The position numbers and the translations under genes were made by a program. Shown here in pieces: positions 27,794 to 36,787 of a DNA stretch of 45,093 bases. This stretch comes from Nitrospira japonica. GTDB taxonomy: Bacteria; Nitrospirota; Thermodesulfovibrionia; Thermodesulfovibrionales; SM23-35. Each line of letters begins with the position of its first letter. The stretch's first letter is position 1. The stretch lies in NCBI GenBank assembly GCA_020725385.1, contig DYFC01000029.1:1-45093 (forward strand). Direction: 5' to 3'. The notes under the pieces are model-generated. The model saw only the letters and a list, made by a program, of their open reading frames with translations, did no database searches and was not told where the DNA came from.

Positions 27794-28837
27794 TCATGGT
27801 GTAATTTTCACAAGACCCCGTTTTCCAACATCTCCATCAATAACATATTTAAAATTATTAAAATGTTCTATTACCCGTAAATTAGTGAGAAGATGCTCTG
27901 TGATACAGGAAGTTGTAAAAAAAGATTCTTTTGAAGATAAAGAAAGATATAATACAATCTGGTCAGCAATATGTGGATCAAGCGAAGCTTCTGTCAAATA
28001 ATATTCAATAAAATCTTTTGCAGTCTCCTCTCCAACAACCTCGGCTCTTTTACCTTTTTCTCCAATGGAGGAAAAACCTGCAAATGAATTTTCAAACTCT
28101 GAAAAAAGAAAGACAAATGTTCCCTGTCCGGGAGTTGATAGGCTAATTGTATCTATATTATTCGATAAGGTTTGGTCGAAGCTATTTAGATTTTCAACTA
28201 ATTTTTTTACTAAAGCATTTTTTTGTCTTTCACCAATAGATAAAGGAAGATTTCCAACCCCTGAAATACCGGATAATCTTATAATCTTACCTCTTTCCAT
28301 AATATTCAATGGCATTATTTTCTGAGCAGGATATATTGTTGCTCTTATTTTCCCTCCACCTTTTGGATAAAATCCGTAATTTTCAATTTTAACTTCTATG
28401 GTCAATCCTATTATGTCTAAAAATCTTGCGAACACATTTTTTATATAATCGAAACAAGGACTGTATGGGACATGTGTACCGCCTTTAAGAATAATAGAAG
28501 TCTTTGTGTTTGTAAAAACAAGTGCAGGGATAAGTGTTTGTAGAACCAGAGATGTTGAGCCGGCAGTTCCTACATCAAAATAATAATCACCGGATTTTAT
28601 TTCACCGGGTAAAAAGATAAGTTCTGTTGAACCTATAAAATCACCTTTTACTTCTGCTCCGGAAATGAGTTGCGCTGCCTTTACACAGGTTAAATGCTGT
28701 GGCATTAAACCTGGTTTTTTTCTGTTTTTTCTGATATTGAATATTTTGAAAGGTTTCCGAGTTAAACACGAAAGACTTAAGGCTGTTCTTAATATCTGTC
28801 CTCCGCCTTCTCTATAACTACCATCTATTTCAATCAT
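27794..28837 (-). CDS. rtcA: RNA 3'-terminal phosphate cyclase
   Basis: '[16 protein letters not shown]', 'GFYPKGGG', 'DPHIADQ'. Confidence 0.95.
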   Translation of the reverse strand: MIEIDGSYREGGGQILRTALSLSCLTRKPFKIFNIRKNRKKPGLMPQHLTCVKAAQLISGAEVKGDFIGSTELIFLPGEIKSGDYYFDVGTAGSTSLVLQTLIPALVFTNTKTSIILKGGTHVPYSPCFDYIKNVFARFLDIIGLTIEVKIENYGFYPKGGGKIRATIYPAQKIMPLNIMERGKIIRLSGISGVGNLPLSIGERQKNALVKKLVENLNSFDQTLSNNIDTISLSTPGQGTFVFLFSEFENSFAGFSSIGEKGKRAEVVGEETAKDFIEYYLTEASLDPHIADQIVLYLSLSSKESFFTTSCITEHLLTNLRVIEHFNNFKYVIDGDVGKRGLVKITP

Positions 28838-28846
28838 AAAATAGGG

Positions 28847-29194
28847 TTAAACAATTATATTTACAAATAGTCCCTTTTTAAAGTCTCCTTCCGTCACACT
28901 ATCAATAACTTTCAGCCAATTATAGAAACGGAACCGGGAGTAATATCCTGTGATATTTATATCTTCTAAAGAAGGGTGAAATATAAATTCAAACCCTTCT
29001 TCTAAGTTATGCTTGTTATTTGTTTCATTAAGATTATCGGCTTCTAATTTCCGGTGACATGGAAAAAGTTGAGGTAGGTTTGAAACAACAGGAATGGCAT
29101 TCATTTTATTTCTGCCTTTTTCTTTCTGAAAAGGTGAAATAGAATTTAATCCGGTAACAATACTGTTTCCGGAATTTGTCTTATCGATATTCAT
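28847..29194 (-). CDS. Hypothetical protein
   Basis: ORF fills the gap in a co-oriented run; start uncertain. Confidence 0.45.
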   Translation of the reverse strand: MNIDKTNSGNSIVTGLNSISPFQKEKGRNKMNAIPVVSNLPQLFPCHRKLEADNLNETNNKHNLEEGFEFIFHPSLEDINITGYYSRFRFYNWLKVIDSVTEGDFKKGLFVNIIV

Positions 29195-29235
29195 AAATAC
29201 TCATGTCACAGTTCTATTTTGACTATTATACCAGT

Positions 29236-29721
29236 TTATTCAACATATTCTTTTATTATTTGTCCGGGACATACAAATGAAACTCCATGTCTTGCGCTAA
29301 ACATTATAGCTTCTATAATAGGCTGATTTACTTTCTTTTCAGACTGCCATTTGACAATAAAATTCGCTCCCGGGCCGCCTCTTTTATCATATTCTTTAAG
29401 ATAAATATACGTTGACTCCAGAGGCTTTAGAACAAATGGTTTTTTAATATAACTATCTACTAATTTGCCTGCTGTATCATAGTAATCAGCTTTTAATATA
29501 GTTATGCTATTTTTAGGATCTGTATTTCTGAGACTGAGCATTGTTGCAAGTTCAAGCCTTACAGCTTTTGGTGCAGAATATATGTTCGAATAAACAGAAA
29601 CATATACAGTGTTTCCGGAAGAAAGCTCTATATCTGTTTCAGAAAAAGATTGCGAATGTGCTATAAGAACAACAAAAACAGATAGCAACAAAATAACCTT
29701 TGATAAATTCTTAAAATACAT
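29236..29721 (-). CDS. DUF3124 family exported protein
   Basis: Signal peptide; 'VYVSVYSNIY', 'LSLRNTD', 'GGPGANFIVKW'. Confidence 0.85.
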   Translation of the reverse strand: MYFKNLSKVILLLSVFVVLIAHSQSFSETDIELSSGNTVYVSVYSNIYSAPKAVRLELATMLSLRNTDPKNSITILKADYYDTAGKLVDSYIKKPFVLKPLESTYIYLKEYDKRGGPGANFIVKWQSEKKVNQPIIEAIMFSARHGVSFVCPGQIIKEYVE

Positions 29722-29736
29722 TACTTCAACCTCCTT

Positions 29737-30435
29737 TTATATATGATTTATGTTATCATCTTTTTCCTTTTCTTTGAAACTCTTTTCAAGATATTCTTTT
29801 GCAAGATCCTTACCTCCAAGCCCGAAAGCCAGTGAAAGTGCAAAAATAATTCCTCCGAAGATTACTGCAAAAGCTATAATAATTGTCTCTCTACCTATGC
29901 CAAGCTGTTCAAGAGCCATTGTAAATGAAAGAATAATTATTGTTATTTTAACAAGCTTACCAATAAGTCCTGATATTTTTATGCCGGCATTCACACTGGC
30001 AATAAGAACAGCCCTGCCTACAAAATTACTAAGAAAATATCCTATGATTAATATGATTGTTGCAACAAAAATATTCGGGAGATAAAGAATAAATTTTTCA
30101 AGTATTCTGTCAACTGCCGGGATATTTAAAAGGTAAAGGGATAGTATTGAAAAACAAATCAAAATTGTCCAGAATATAAATTTAGAAAGAATAGAAGATA
30201 CAGGACTTTTAAACCCCCATTTCTGTAATAGAACCGCTACCCCTGAACGTTCAAGAGATTTATCTACTTTAAATATATTAAGAATCTTCAATGAAATCAC
30301 TTTTAATATTATGGCTAACAATAGCCCTATAATAAAAACAACAAATGAAGTCAATATCTCCGGTAGAAAAAGTAGCATACGGTCATAAAACTTTTGTAGA
30401 GGCTCGTCAATTATTTTTTCAAGAAAATTGCTCAT
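29737..30435 (-). CDS. TM-helix repeat / MscS-associated (CmpX-like) membrane protein
   Basis: 'YLPNIFVA', 'ALEQLGI', 'ALSLAFGLGGKDLA'. Confidence 0.75.
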   Translation of the reverse strand: MSNFLEKIIDEPLQKFYDRMLLFLPEILTSFVVFIIGLLLAIILKVISLKILNIFKVDKSLERSGVAVLLQKWGFKSPVSSILSKFIFWTILICFSILSLYLLNIPAVDRILEKFILYLPNIFVATIILIIGYFLSNFVGRAVLIASVNAGIKISGLIGKLVKITIIILSFTMALEQLGIGRETIIIAFAVIFGGIIFALSLAFGLGGKDLAKEYLEKSFKEKEKDDNINHI

Positions 30436-30454
30436 CGGTTACCTCCTCTTTTAA

Positions 30455-31696
30455 TTACCATTCATTTATAAGAAAGTCTTTTAATTTTTCATAACATATG
30501 CAAAGCCTTTCAATTTTTTGCTCTACTTCTTCTGAATCATTATTCTCTGTTTCGATAACAAAAGACGCAACTCTACCGAGATAAAGAGGAGTTAGTGATT
30601 TGAGAAGATGTTCCCGTGGTATTATTTTTTTATGGTATGCAGAAGCAAAGCTATATATTATTTCCACCCAGATAGAGTCGGACAAACTAAAAGCATTCTT
30701 TTCCGAAGCTTCAAGTTCTTGCAAAACATTTATAACTTCCCTGCTTAGAAATTCTTTCCAGATATTGCTTAATTCCCTGACTCCAAGCTTGTAATTCGCT
30801 ATCATTCTATCGAGATTAACATTTACAGGTTCAAGCCCGACTGTATAATCAAAGCCAAATGTCGGTACTTTTACAGAACCTTTGATATTTTTCCATAAAT
30901 CGTAATAGGTTTCCATTAAATCAAAAGTTGAACCAACAACCTGAAAAAGCATGGAGCTAAGGTCAGAACCCGGGTCTTTTGGGTCATGAATTTTTGCTCC
31001 AAGAAATGATTGACATATTTTGAAGTTATTGGCAATCGCAGTAGTTGTCATCCATATATCAATACCATATCTTGCCACTTCGGTTTCCCAAACATCTTTT
31101 GTAAGATAAAAACTGGCAAGTTTGCCGGAAAAACCGAAATCTCCGCCAATTGGCTGACGTATCTGCTTACCATAAAGAGCTCTTGTTAAAGGATAAATTA
31201 TACTGTTAGTGATTGTTCCGTCATATTTGTGTCTGTGATAAAGCGGGGATACATAATCAAAATCTCTTTCTATAACAGGTTTAATCAAAAGCTCTACCCA
31301 TTCGGGTGTAATACTTCTGAGATCAGAATCAACAACAGCGCAGGCCTTTGCATTTAATATTTCTGCTATCTCAAATATCATTCTAAATGCACTGCCTTTC
31401 CCCGGAATTCCGTGATATGGAGTTGCTATCTTGAAAAAAGGTGTTGTGCGATGGTGTATCAATATAGACTGTAAATCTTCAATTACAGTATTTTGAACTA
31501 TATCCATTGTACCGTCTGTTGAACCCCCATCTGAATTAATAAGAACAGACTTTTTTTCAGGAAAATATTTGGCGAGCCCTGCCTGGACAGCCTTCACAAC
31601 ATGGCCTATTGTGCGGGAATTATTATAGCTCGGTATTCCTACAATAATATCCGCATTCTTAATTTTATTTATATCATCCCTCAATCTTTCCTGCAT
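30455..31696 (-). CDS. GT-A glycosyltransferase, probable single-step glucosylglycerate synthase (Ggs-like)
   Basis: 'VGIPSYNN', 'DGGSTDG', 'GKGSA', 'DSD', 'RQPIGGDF', 'YGIDIW'; gpgS/gpgP context. Confidence 0.65.
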   Translation of the reverse strand: MQERLRDDINKIKNADIIVGIPSYNNSRTIGHVVKAVQAGLAKYFPEKKSVLINSDGGSTDGTMDIVQNTVIEDLQSILIHHRTTPFFKIATPYHGIPGKGSAFRMIFEIAEILNAKACAVVDSDLRSITPEWVELLIKPVIERDFDYVSPLYHRHKYDGTITNSIIYPLTRALYGKQIRQPIGGDFGFSGKLASFYLTKDVWETEVARYGIDIWMTTTAIANNFKICQSFLGAKIHDPKDPGSDLSSMLFQVVGSTFDLMETYYDLWKNIKGSVKVPTFGFDYTVGLEPVNVNLDRMIANYKLGVRELSNIWKEFLSREVINVLQELEASEKNAFSLSDSIWVEIIYSFASAYHKKIIPREHLLKSLTPLYLGRVASFVIETENNDSEEVEQKIERLCICYEKLKDFLINEW

Positions 31697-31717
31697 TTTA
31701 TTTTCATTTATCCCGGG

Positions 31718-32761
31718 TTACTTCTTCCATTCTTTTTCCTCTCTTAAATAAACTGTTCTGTGAGGGAAAGGTATTTCTATTCCTTCTTCTTTAAATCTTT
31801 TAAATATTCTTTTTCTAAGCTCATGCTGTACAGGATATTGATCCGTGAATTCTCTAACCTGACAGACAAGTGTAAAGTCAAGAGAACTATCACCAAATCC
31901 CGGCACGAACCTGACAGAAGGCCCGGGCTCTGGAAGCAACCCTGTTATTTCTCCAATTGCTTTATTTGCTTCCTCTAAAAGTATTTTTTCGACTTTTTCA
32001 GGGTCCGATGAATAACTAACTCCTACAGGTATGAAAATAGACATTCTTCTTTCCGGCAGATAATAATTTGTAACTATACTCTGGGCAAGACTTTTATTAG
32101 GAATAACAACCATATTGTTCGGAAGCATTCTAATTCTCGTTGTCCGCCATGTTATATCTTCTACATAACCTTCCTGTCCGGTTTCGAGTTTCACAAAATC
32201 ACCTACACGGATAGATTTTTCTACAAGAATATGAATCCCGGCAAAAAGATTTGCTAATGTATCCTGTAGCGCAAGAGCAACCGCAAGTCCCCCAACACCG
32301 AGAGCTGTGAGTAAGGGAGCAATAGAAATACCGAGAGAACTTAGAATAATTAAGAAACCAATAATTATAATTGTACCTTTTAATATTCCATATGCAAGTC
32401 CTGTTGTCGGGATTGGCAGGTTTGATTCACGCACATAAATCTTGAATATTTTCCCTGATATATTTGCTGTCGCAAAAGTTATTGAAAGTATAATAACTAC
32501 ATGGATTATCCTTTTTAGATAAAAAATATACTTGGCAGGAAGTTCTGATAATTCAATTCCAAGATATAAGCCTAAGGCAACACACCATAATAAAGATGGA
32601 GATTTTAAAGAACTTATAATAATATCATCAACTTTAGTATCGGTTTTTTCTGCCCATATATGGATATATTTTAATAGAATACTACGAATAAAGATTGAAA
32701 TAAAAATTATAAAAACAGAAATTCCTACAGGAATTAATATTCTATTATAACTAAAATCCAT
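31718..32761 (-). CDS. mscS: Small-conductance mechanosensitive channel
   Basis: 'GVGGLAVALALQDTLANLFAG', 'GDFV', 'ITWRTT', 'GIEIPFP'. Confidence 0.92.
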   Translation of the reverse strand: MDFSYNRILIPVGISVFIIFISIFIRSILLKYIHIWAEKTDTKVDDIIISSLKSPSLLWCVALGLYLGIELSELPAKYIFYLKRIIHVVIILSITFATANISGKIFKIYVRESNLPIPTTGLAYGILKGTIIIIGFLIILSSLGISIAPLLTALGVGGLAVALALQDTLANLFAGIHILVEKSIRVGDFVKLETGQEGYVEDITWRTTRIRMLPNNMVVIPNKSLAQSIVTNYYLPERRMSIFIPVGVSYSSDPEKVEKILLEEANKAIGEITGLLPEPGPSVRFVPGFGDSSLDFTLVCQVREFTDQYPVQHELRKRIFKRFKEEGIEIPFPHRTVYLREEKEWKK

Positions 32762-32802
32762 AAAACCTCCTGTTTAATCAATATCGGGAATCAATAGTTA
32801 AA

Positions 32803-34011
32803 TTAACTGTTATCTTCTTCCACAGCTTCTTTAATTCTATTTAATATATCAGGAACTGCGGATGTTACTCTATCCCAGCTTGCGATAAGAGGAACACCCA
32901 GGGGGTCTTCATTAATTATTTCAGCAGCTTTCTTTATACCATTTGTAAATGTTTCCACCGAAAGACTTTCTTCATGCCTGTCAAAGAAAAGACCATTAAC
33001 AGCAGCATCATCCTGATACCTTTTGAGCATATCCTGAGCTGTTCTAACATAGGTTGCAACAAGAGTTTTAAAAAACCCATCGGAAAATACAACTCCTTCA
33101 GATGCAAGAGTGCGAAAAAGGGTTTTACAAATATCCACGCACATTTTATGAAGTCCTTTTGAAGCATCTTCAGCAGAAAGTTCCTGATGTTTATGTTCGT
33201 AATTCTCGGCAATATCTACCTGACAGACTCTTCTTGCAGATGTATTCCTGTAAACTTCAGCCAAAACACCAATTTCGAGTCCCCAGTCTCCCGGAATTCT
33301 ATTAACCCTTGCGAGATCAACATCCATAGAGAATTCCCCGGCCAACGGATACCTGAAACTATCAAAAAATACAAGTATCGGAAGATACCCGAGAATTTTC
33401 TGTAAGGACCTAATTAAAGGAGTCACCAGAAGTCTTGTGACTCTTCCATGCAGTCTATCGGTAACCCTGCTGTAAAAACCCTTACAAAAATCATAGTCAA
33501 GACTCGGATTTACAACAGGGTAACAAAGACGCGCCAGCAGTTCCCTGTTGTATGTCACTATGTCGCAATCATGCAAAGCGATACATCTAATATATTGCTC
33601 GGATAGAATATATCCATAAGCCATCCATGCAGACCTGCCCTTTCCTTGTTCACCTATAGGCAGTTCTGCTTCCTGAATTGCATTATATATTGCACTTATC
33701 CTCGGCCCATTGTTCCAGATTATTCTTGTTTTTTGGGGTAGAACTGAAAAAAACTGTTTTGCATGTCTGAATTCATCCTCAGACGCAGGACCGAGTGTTA
33801 CAACTATCTCCTTTAAATATTTTATTTCTCTTATTTCCCTTATAATTCCTTTTAAAGCATCCCCTGCAAGTTCGCTGAAAAGAGATGGAAGAACCAGTGC
33901 AATAGGCCTTTCAGCCGAATACCATGAAATCTCGGATTCTATTTTCTCAAGATTAGTTCTTCCCAATCTATGAAATGTAGCAACAATACCTGTTTGATAA
34001 AAATCTGCCAT
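32803..34011 (-). CDS. gpgS: Glucosyl-3-phosphoglycerate synthase
   Basis: 'MADFYQ.G..ATFH', 'GKGRSAW', 'HDCD', 'GRVTRL', 'YPLAGE', 'DWGLEIG', 'YEHKHQ'. Confidence 0.85.
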   Translation of the reverse strand: MADFYQTGIVATFHRLGRTNLEKIESEISWYSAERPIALVLPSLFSELAGDALKGIIREIREIKYLKEIVVTLGPASEDEFRHAKQFFSVLPQKTRIIWNNGPRISAIYNAIQEAELPIGEQGKGRSAWMAYGYILSEQYIRCIALHDCDIVTYNRELLARLCYPVVNPSLDYDFCKGFYSRVTDRLHGRVTRLLVTPLIRSLQKILGYLPILVFFDSFRYPLAGEFSMDVDLARVNRIPGDWGLEIGVLAEVYRNTSARRVCQVDIAENYEHKHQELSAEDASKGLHKMCVDICKTLFRTLASEGVVFSDGFFKTLVATYVRTAQDMLKRYQDDAAVNGLFFDRHEESLSVETFTNGIKKAAEIINEDPLGVPLIASWDRVTSAVPDILNRIKEAVEEDNS

Positions 34012-34049
34012 AAATGCCTCCCTTCTAAATTATTCGTATTGTCAAAAAT

Positions 34050-34086
34050 AAAAAACCGCTATCCAAAACTATCTTTCAGATAGCGG
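34050..34086 (-). terminator. Leader intrinsic terminator (riboswitch expression platform)
   Basis: CCGCUAUC...GAUAGCGG followed by UUUUUU, ~40 nt before the gpgS ATG. Confidence 0.85.
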
Positions 34087-34140
34087 CCCGACTATCTTTT
34101 TCAACCCTTCAGAAAAATATTTTTCTGAACCCTGTTGAAA
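34078..34140 (-). ncRNA. Probable Na+-I (DUF1646 motif) riboswitch aptamer
   Basis: UUUCAAC-AGGG-[UUCAGAAAAA/UUUUUCUGAA]-GG-GUUGAAA, then AGAUAG-UCGGGCCG-CUAUCU hairpin overlapping the terminator; match to the consensus is from memory. Confidence 0.7.
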
Positions 34141-34392
34141 CATTAGAGCAAAATATCTAATACTAAGTCATCTATTTAAATCAAATATAAAACTCAAAAT
34201 TCTTGAATTCATTATATTATAAAATCAAACTTCAATTTTCTACTCTTGTTTAATTGAATTAAAAATCTCTCAAGTTTTAAAATCAACTTCGATTAAATAT
34301 AAGAGACAGTATATGAGAAGGAGAATTTCGTTAGAATTTTTTATATTATACCATAACCTACTTTTGTTTGTAGAAAATGACATAATAAATAT

Positions 34393-35739
34393 ATGAAAAA
34401 CATTAATGAAATATTTTATACAGCAATAAAAGCTGTGGATCCGTATATTTCCATGAAATCATATACCGGCAAAATAGCCTCTATTTATAAAAATGGAAAA
34501 TTCAGAGAACTGATCGTCATTTGCTTCGGTAAAGCATCATATAGCATGTTTCTGGCTATAATTGAAGATCTCGGCAATCTAATAAATAAGTGTATTGTCA
34601 TAACCAAATATGGCCATTCAGGGGTAAGAGAAAAAGAGATTTCCGGATTAATGAAACCGGGAACTTTTATTTTGTATGAAGCAGGCCACCCTGTACCTGA
34701 TGAAAATGGTTTGGAAGGCACGGAAAAAATAATTGAACTTCTTAAAAATGCCGACAAAAGTACCCTTGTTGTTTGTGCTATTTCAGGAGGAGGTTCGGCA
34801 CTGCTTGTAAGCCCATATAACGGAATATCTTTGAAAGAGAAACAAGCTATTACAGAGTTGCTCTTAAAATCCGGTGCCGAGATTTACGAATTAAATGCTG
34901 TAAGAAAGCATATATCAAAAGTAAAAGGCGGGCGACTTGCAGAGATTGCATATCCGGCTAAAATATTATCTTTTATACTTTCGGATGTTATTGGCGATAG
35001 GCTCGATGTCATTGCTTCAGGTCCAACATCACCGGATGAAACAACTTTTAACGATGCCATGCACATTTTGAAAAAATATAACCTTATTAATAAAGTTCCA
35101 GGAAATGTACTTAAAGTTTTAAGTGAAGGTGCAAAAGGTCTTATACCTGAAACTCCAAAAGAAAGAAATAAAATTTTCAGCAATGTCGAAAACATAATAA
35201 TTGGCAGCAATAAGATAGCTATTGAAGCAGCAAAACAAAAGGCAGAAAAATTAGGTTACAAAACCAAAATAATAACCGATGAGATCAAAGGGGAAGCAAG
35301 AGAAGCGGGAAAGTGGCTTGCTTTAAAAATAAAAGAATATGCAAGGCCGGGGAAAAGCATGGAGATTGACAAATATTCAAAAACAGGCAGGGAATCCCTT
35401 TGCTTTATTTCAGGTGGAGAAACTACAGTAACTGTCAAAGGTAATGGTAAAGGGGGAAGAAATATGGAGCTTGCCCTTGCTTTTGCTATTGAAATTGAAA
35501 ATTTAGATGGAATTACTTTTTTATCGGCAGGAACCGATGGCACGGATGGCCCTACCGATGCAGCAGGCGCTACTGTAAATGGTAACACTGTAAAAAAGGC
35601 AAAGATACTGGGATTGAATCCTGTGGAATATCTGAATAATAATGACTCATACAATTTTTTCAAAAAAACAGGCGATCTTTTCATAACAGGTCCAACAGGA
35701 ACAAATGTTATGGATATCCAGATAATAATAGTAGAATGA
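34393..35739 (+). CDS. Glycerate 2-kinase (MOFRL/GckA family)
   Basis: 'FGKAS', 'AGHPVPD', 'ISGGGSAL', 'GGETTV', 'GTDGTDG', 'TGTNVMD'. Confidence 0.92.
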   Translation: MKNINEIFYTAIKAVDPYISMKSYTGKIASIYKNGKFRELIVICFGKASYSMFLAIIEDLGNLINKCIVITKYGHSGVREKEISGLMKPGTFILYEAGHPVPDENGLEGTEKIIELLKNADKSTLVVCAISGGGSALLVSPYNGISLKEKQAITELLLKSGAEIYELNAVRKHISKVKGGRLAEIAYPAKILSFILSDVIGDRLDVIASGPTSPDETTFNDAMHILKKYNLINKVPGNVLKVLSEGAKGLIPETPKERNKIFSNVENIIIGSNKIAIEAAKQKAEKLGYKTKIITDEIKGEAREAGKWLALKIKEYARPGKSMEIDKYSKTGRESLCFISGGETTVTVKGNGKGGRNMELALAFAIEIENLDGITFLSAGTDGTDGPTDAAGATVNGNTVKKAKILGLNPVEYLNNNDSYNFFKKTGDLFITGPTGTNVMDIQIIIVE

Positions 35740-36554
35740 AAAGGATAATAATCTTCACAGACCTTGACGGAACTTTACTTGATTCAGATACCTATTCTTT
35801 TGAATCTGCATTACCTGCGCTTGATTTTATAAAACAAAAAAACATACCCTTGATTATTTGCTCAAGCAAAACAAGAACCGAGATCGAATTCTACAGAAGA
35901 AAACTCGATAATCAACATCCTTTTATCACTGAAAATGGTGGCGGCATATTTATCCCGGAAAATTATTTTGAATTTGATATTTCAAAAATTGGTTTTAAAC
36001 CTGAAAAAACAAGAAATTATCTGCTTATAAGACTTGGTGCAAAATATACTGATCTTAGAAAAAGCATAATTGAATTAAGAAAAAAAGGTCTAAGAATAAA
36101 AGGCTTTGGTGATATGACTTTTAAAGAAATTGCAGAAATAACCGGGTTAAGTATAGAAGAAGCGAAAATGGCAAAAAAAAGGGACTTCGATGAACCTTTT
36201 ATTTTTTATGGAGATGAAAAAGAGAAAGAAAATCTTTTGAATAATATAAAAAAAATGAATCTTAATATAACAATGGGAAGGTTCTACCATCTCATGGGCA
36301 ATAGTGATAAAGGAAAAGCGGTTTCAATTCTTATAAAATTATACAAGAAAAATTTTTTGGACATAAGTACCATAGCCTTAGGAGATAGCCCAAATGATTT
36401 ACCCATGCTCGAAAAAGTTGATTATCCTGTTGTTGTTAGAAAAACTGATGGCAAATATGATTCAAACATAAAACTACAACATATCATAAAAGCAGATGGA
36501 ATAGGACCCAAAGGATGGAATAATTCTGTCTTGAAAATTCTCAAGTCTTTATAA
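35736..36554 (+). CDS. gpgP: HAD-IIB glucosyl/mannosyl-3-phosphoglycerate phosphatase
   Basis: 'FTDLDGTLL', 'SSKT', 'ENGG', 'DKGKA', 'GDSPND'. Confidence 0.8.
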   Translation: MKRIIIFTDLDGTLLDSDTYSFESALPALDFIKQKNIPLIICSSKTRTEIEFYRRKLDNQHPFITENGGGIFIPENYFEFDISKIGFKPEKTRNYLLIRLGAKYTDLRKSIIELRKKGLRIKGFGDMTFKEIAEITGLSIEEAKMAKKRDFDEPFIFYGDEKEKENLLNNIKKMNLNITMGRFYHLMGNSDKGKAVSILIKLYKKNFLDISTIALGDSPNDLPMLEKVDYPVVVRKTDGKYDSNIKLQHIIKADGIGPKGWNNSVLKILKSL

Positions 36555-36603
36555 TTTCATGAAATTTATAAACCTAAATTAAACTTATTAATTTCTAATT
36601 TAA

Positions 36604-36632
36604 TAGACCTGAAAAATGCATTTTCAGGTCTA
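36604..36632 (+). terminator. 12-bp inverted repeat after gpgP (terminator or operator)
   Basis: TAGACCTGAAAA-atgca-TTTTCAGGTCTA. Confidence 0.55.
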
Positions 36633-36787
36633 AATTTTCCTCTCCTAAATTTTTTATACTTTCAAAAAATTTTGATTCTTACATAAATGAATTCATATTT
36701 TTGTTATTTATTTTATTTGAAGGTTAATTTATAATATAATTTAATTAAAAATTAAACAATCCAAAAATATTAAGGAGAAAAAGTTAT

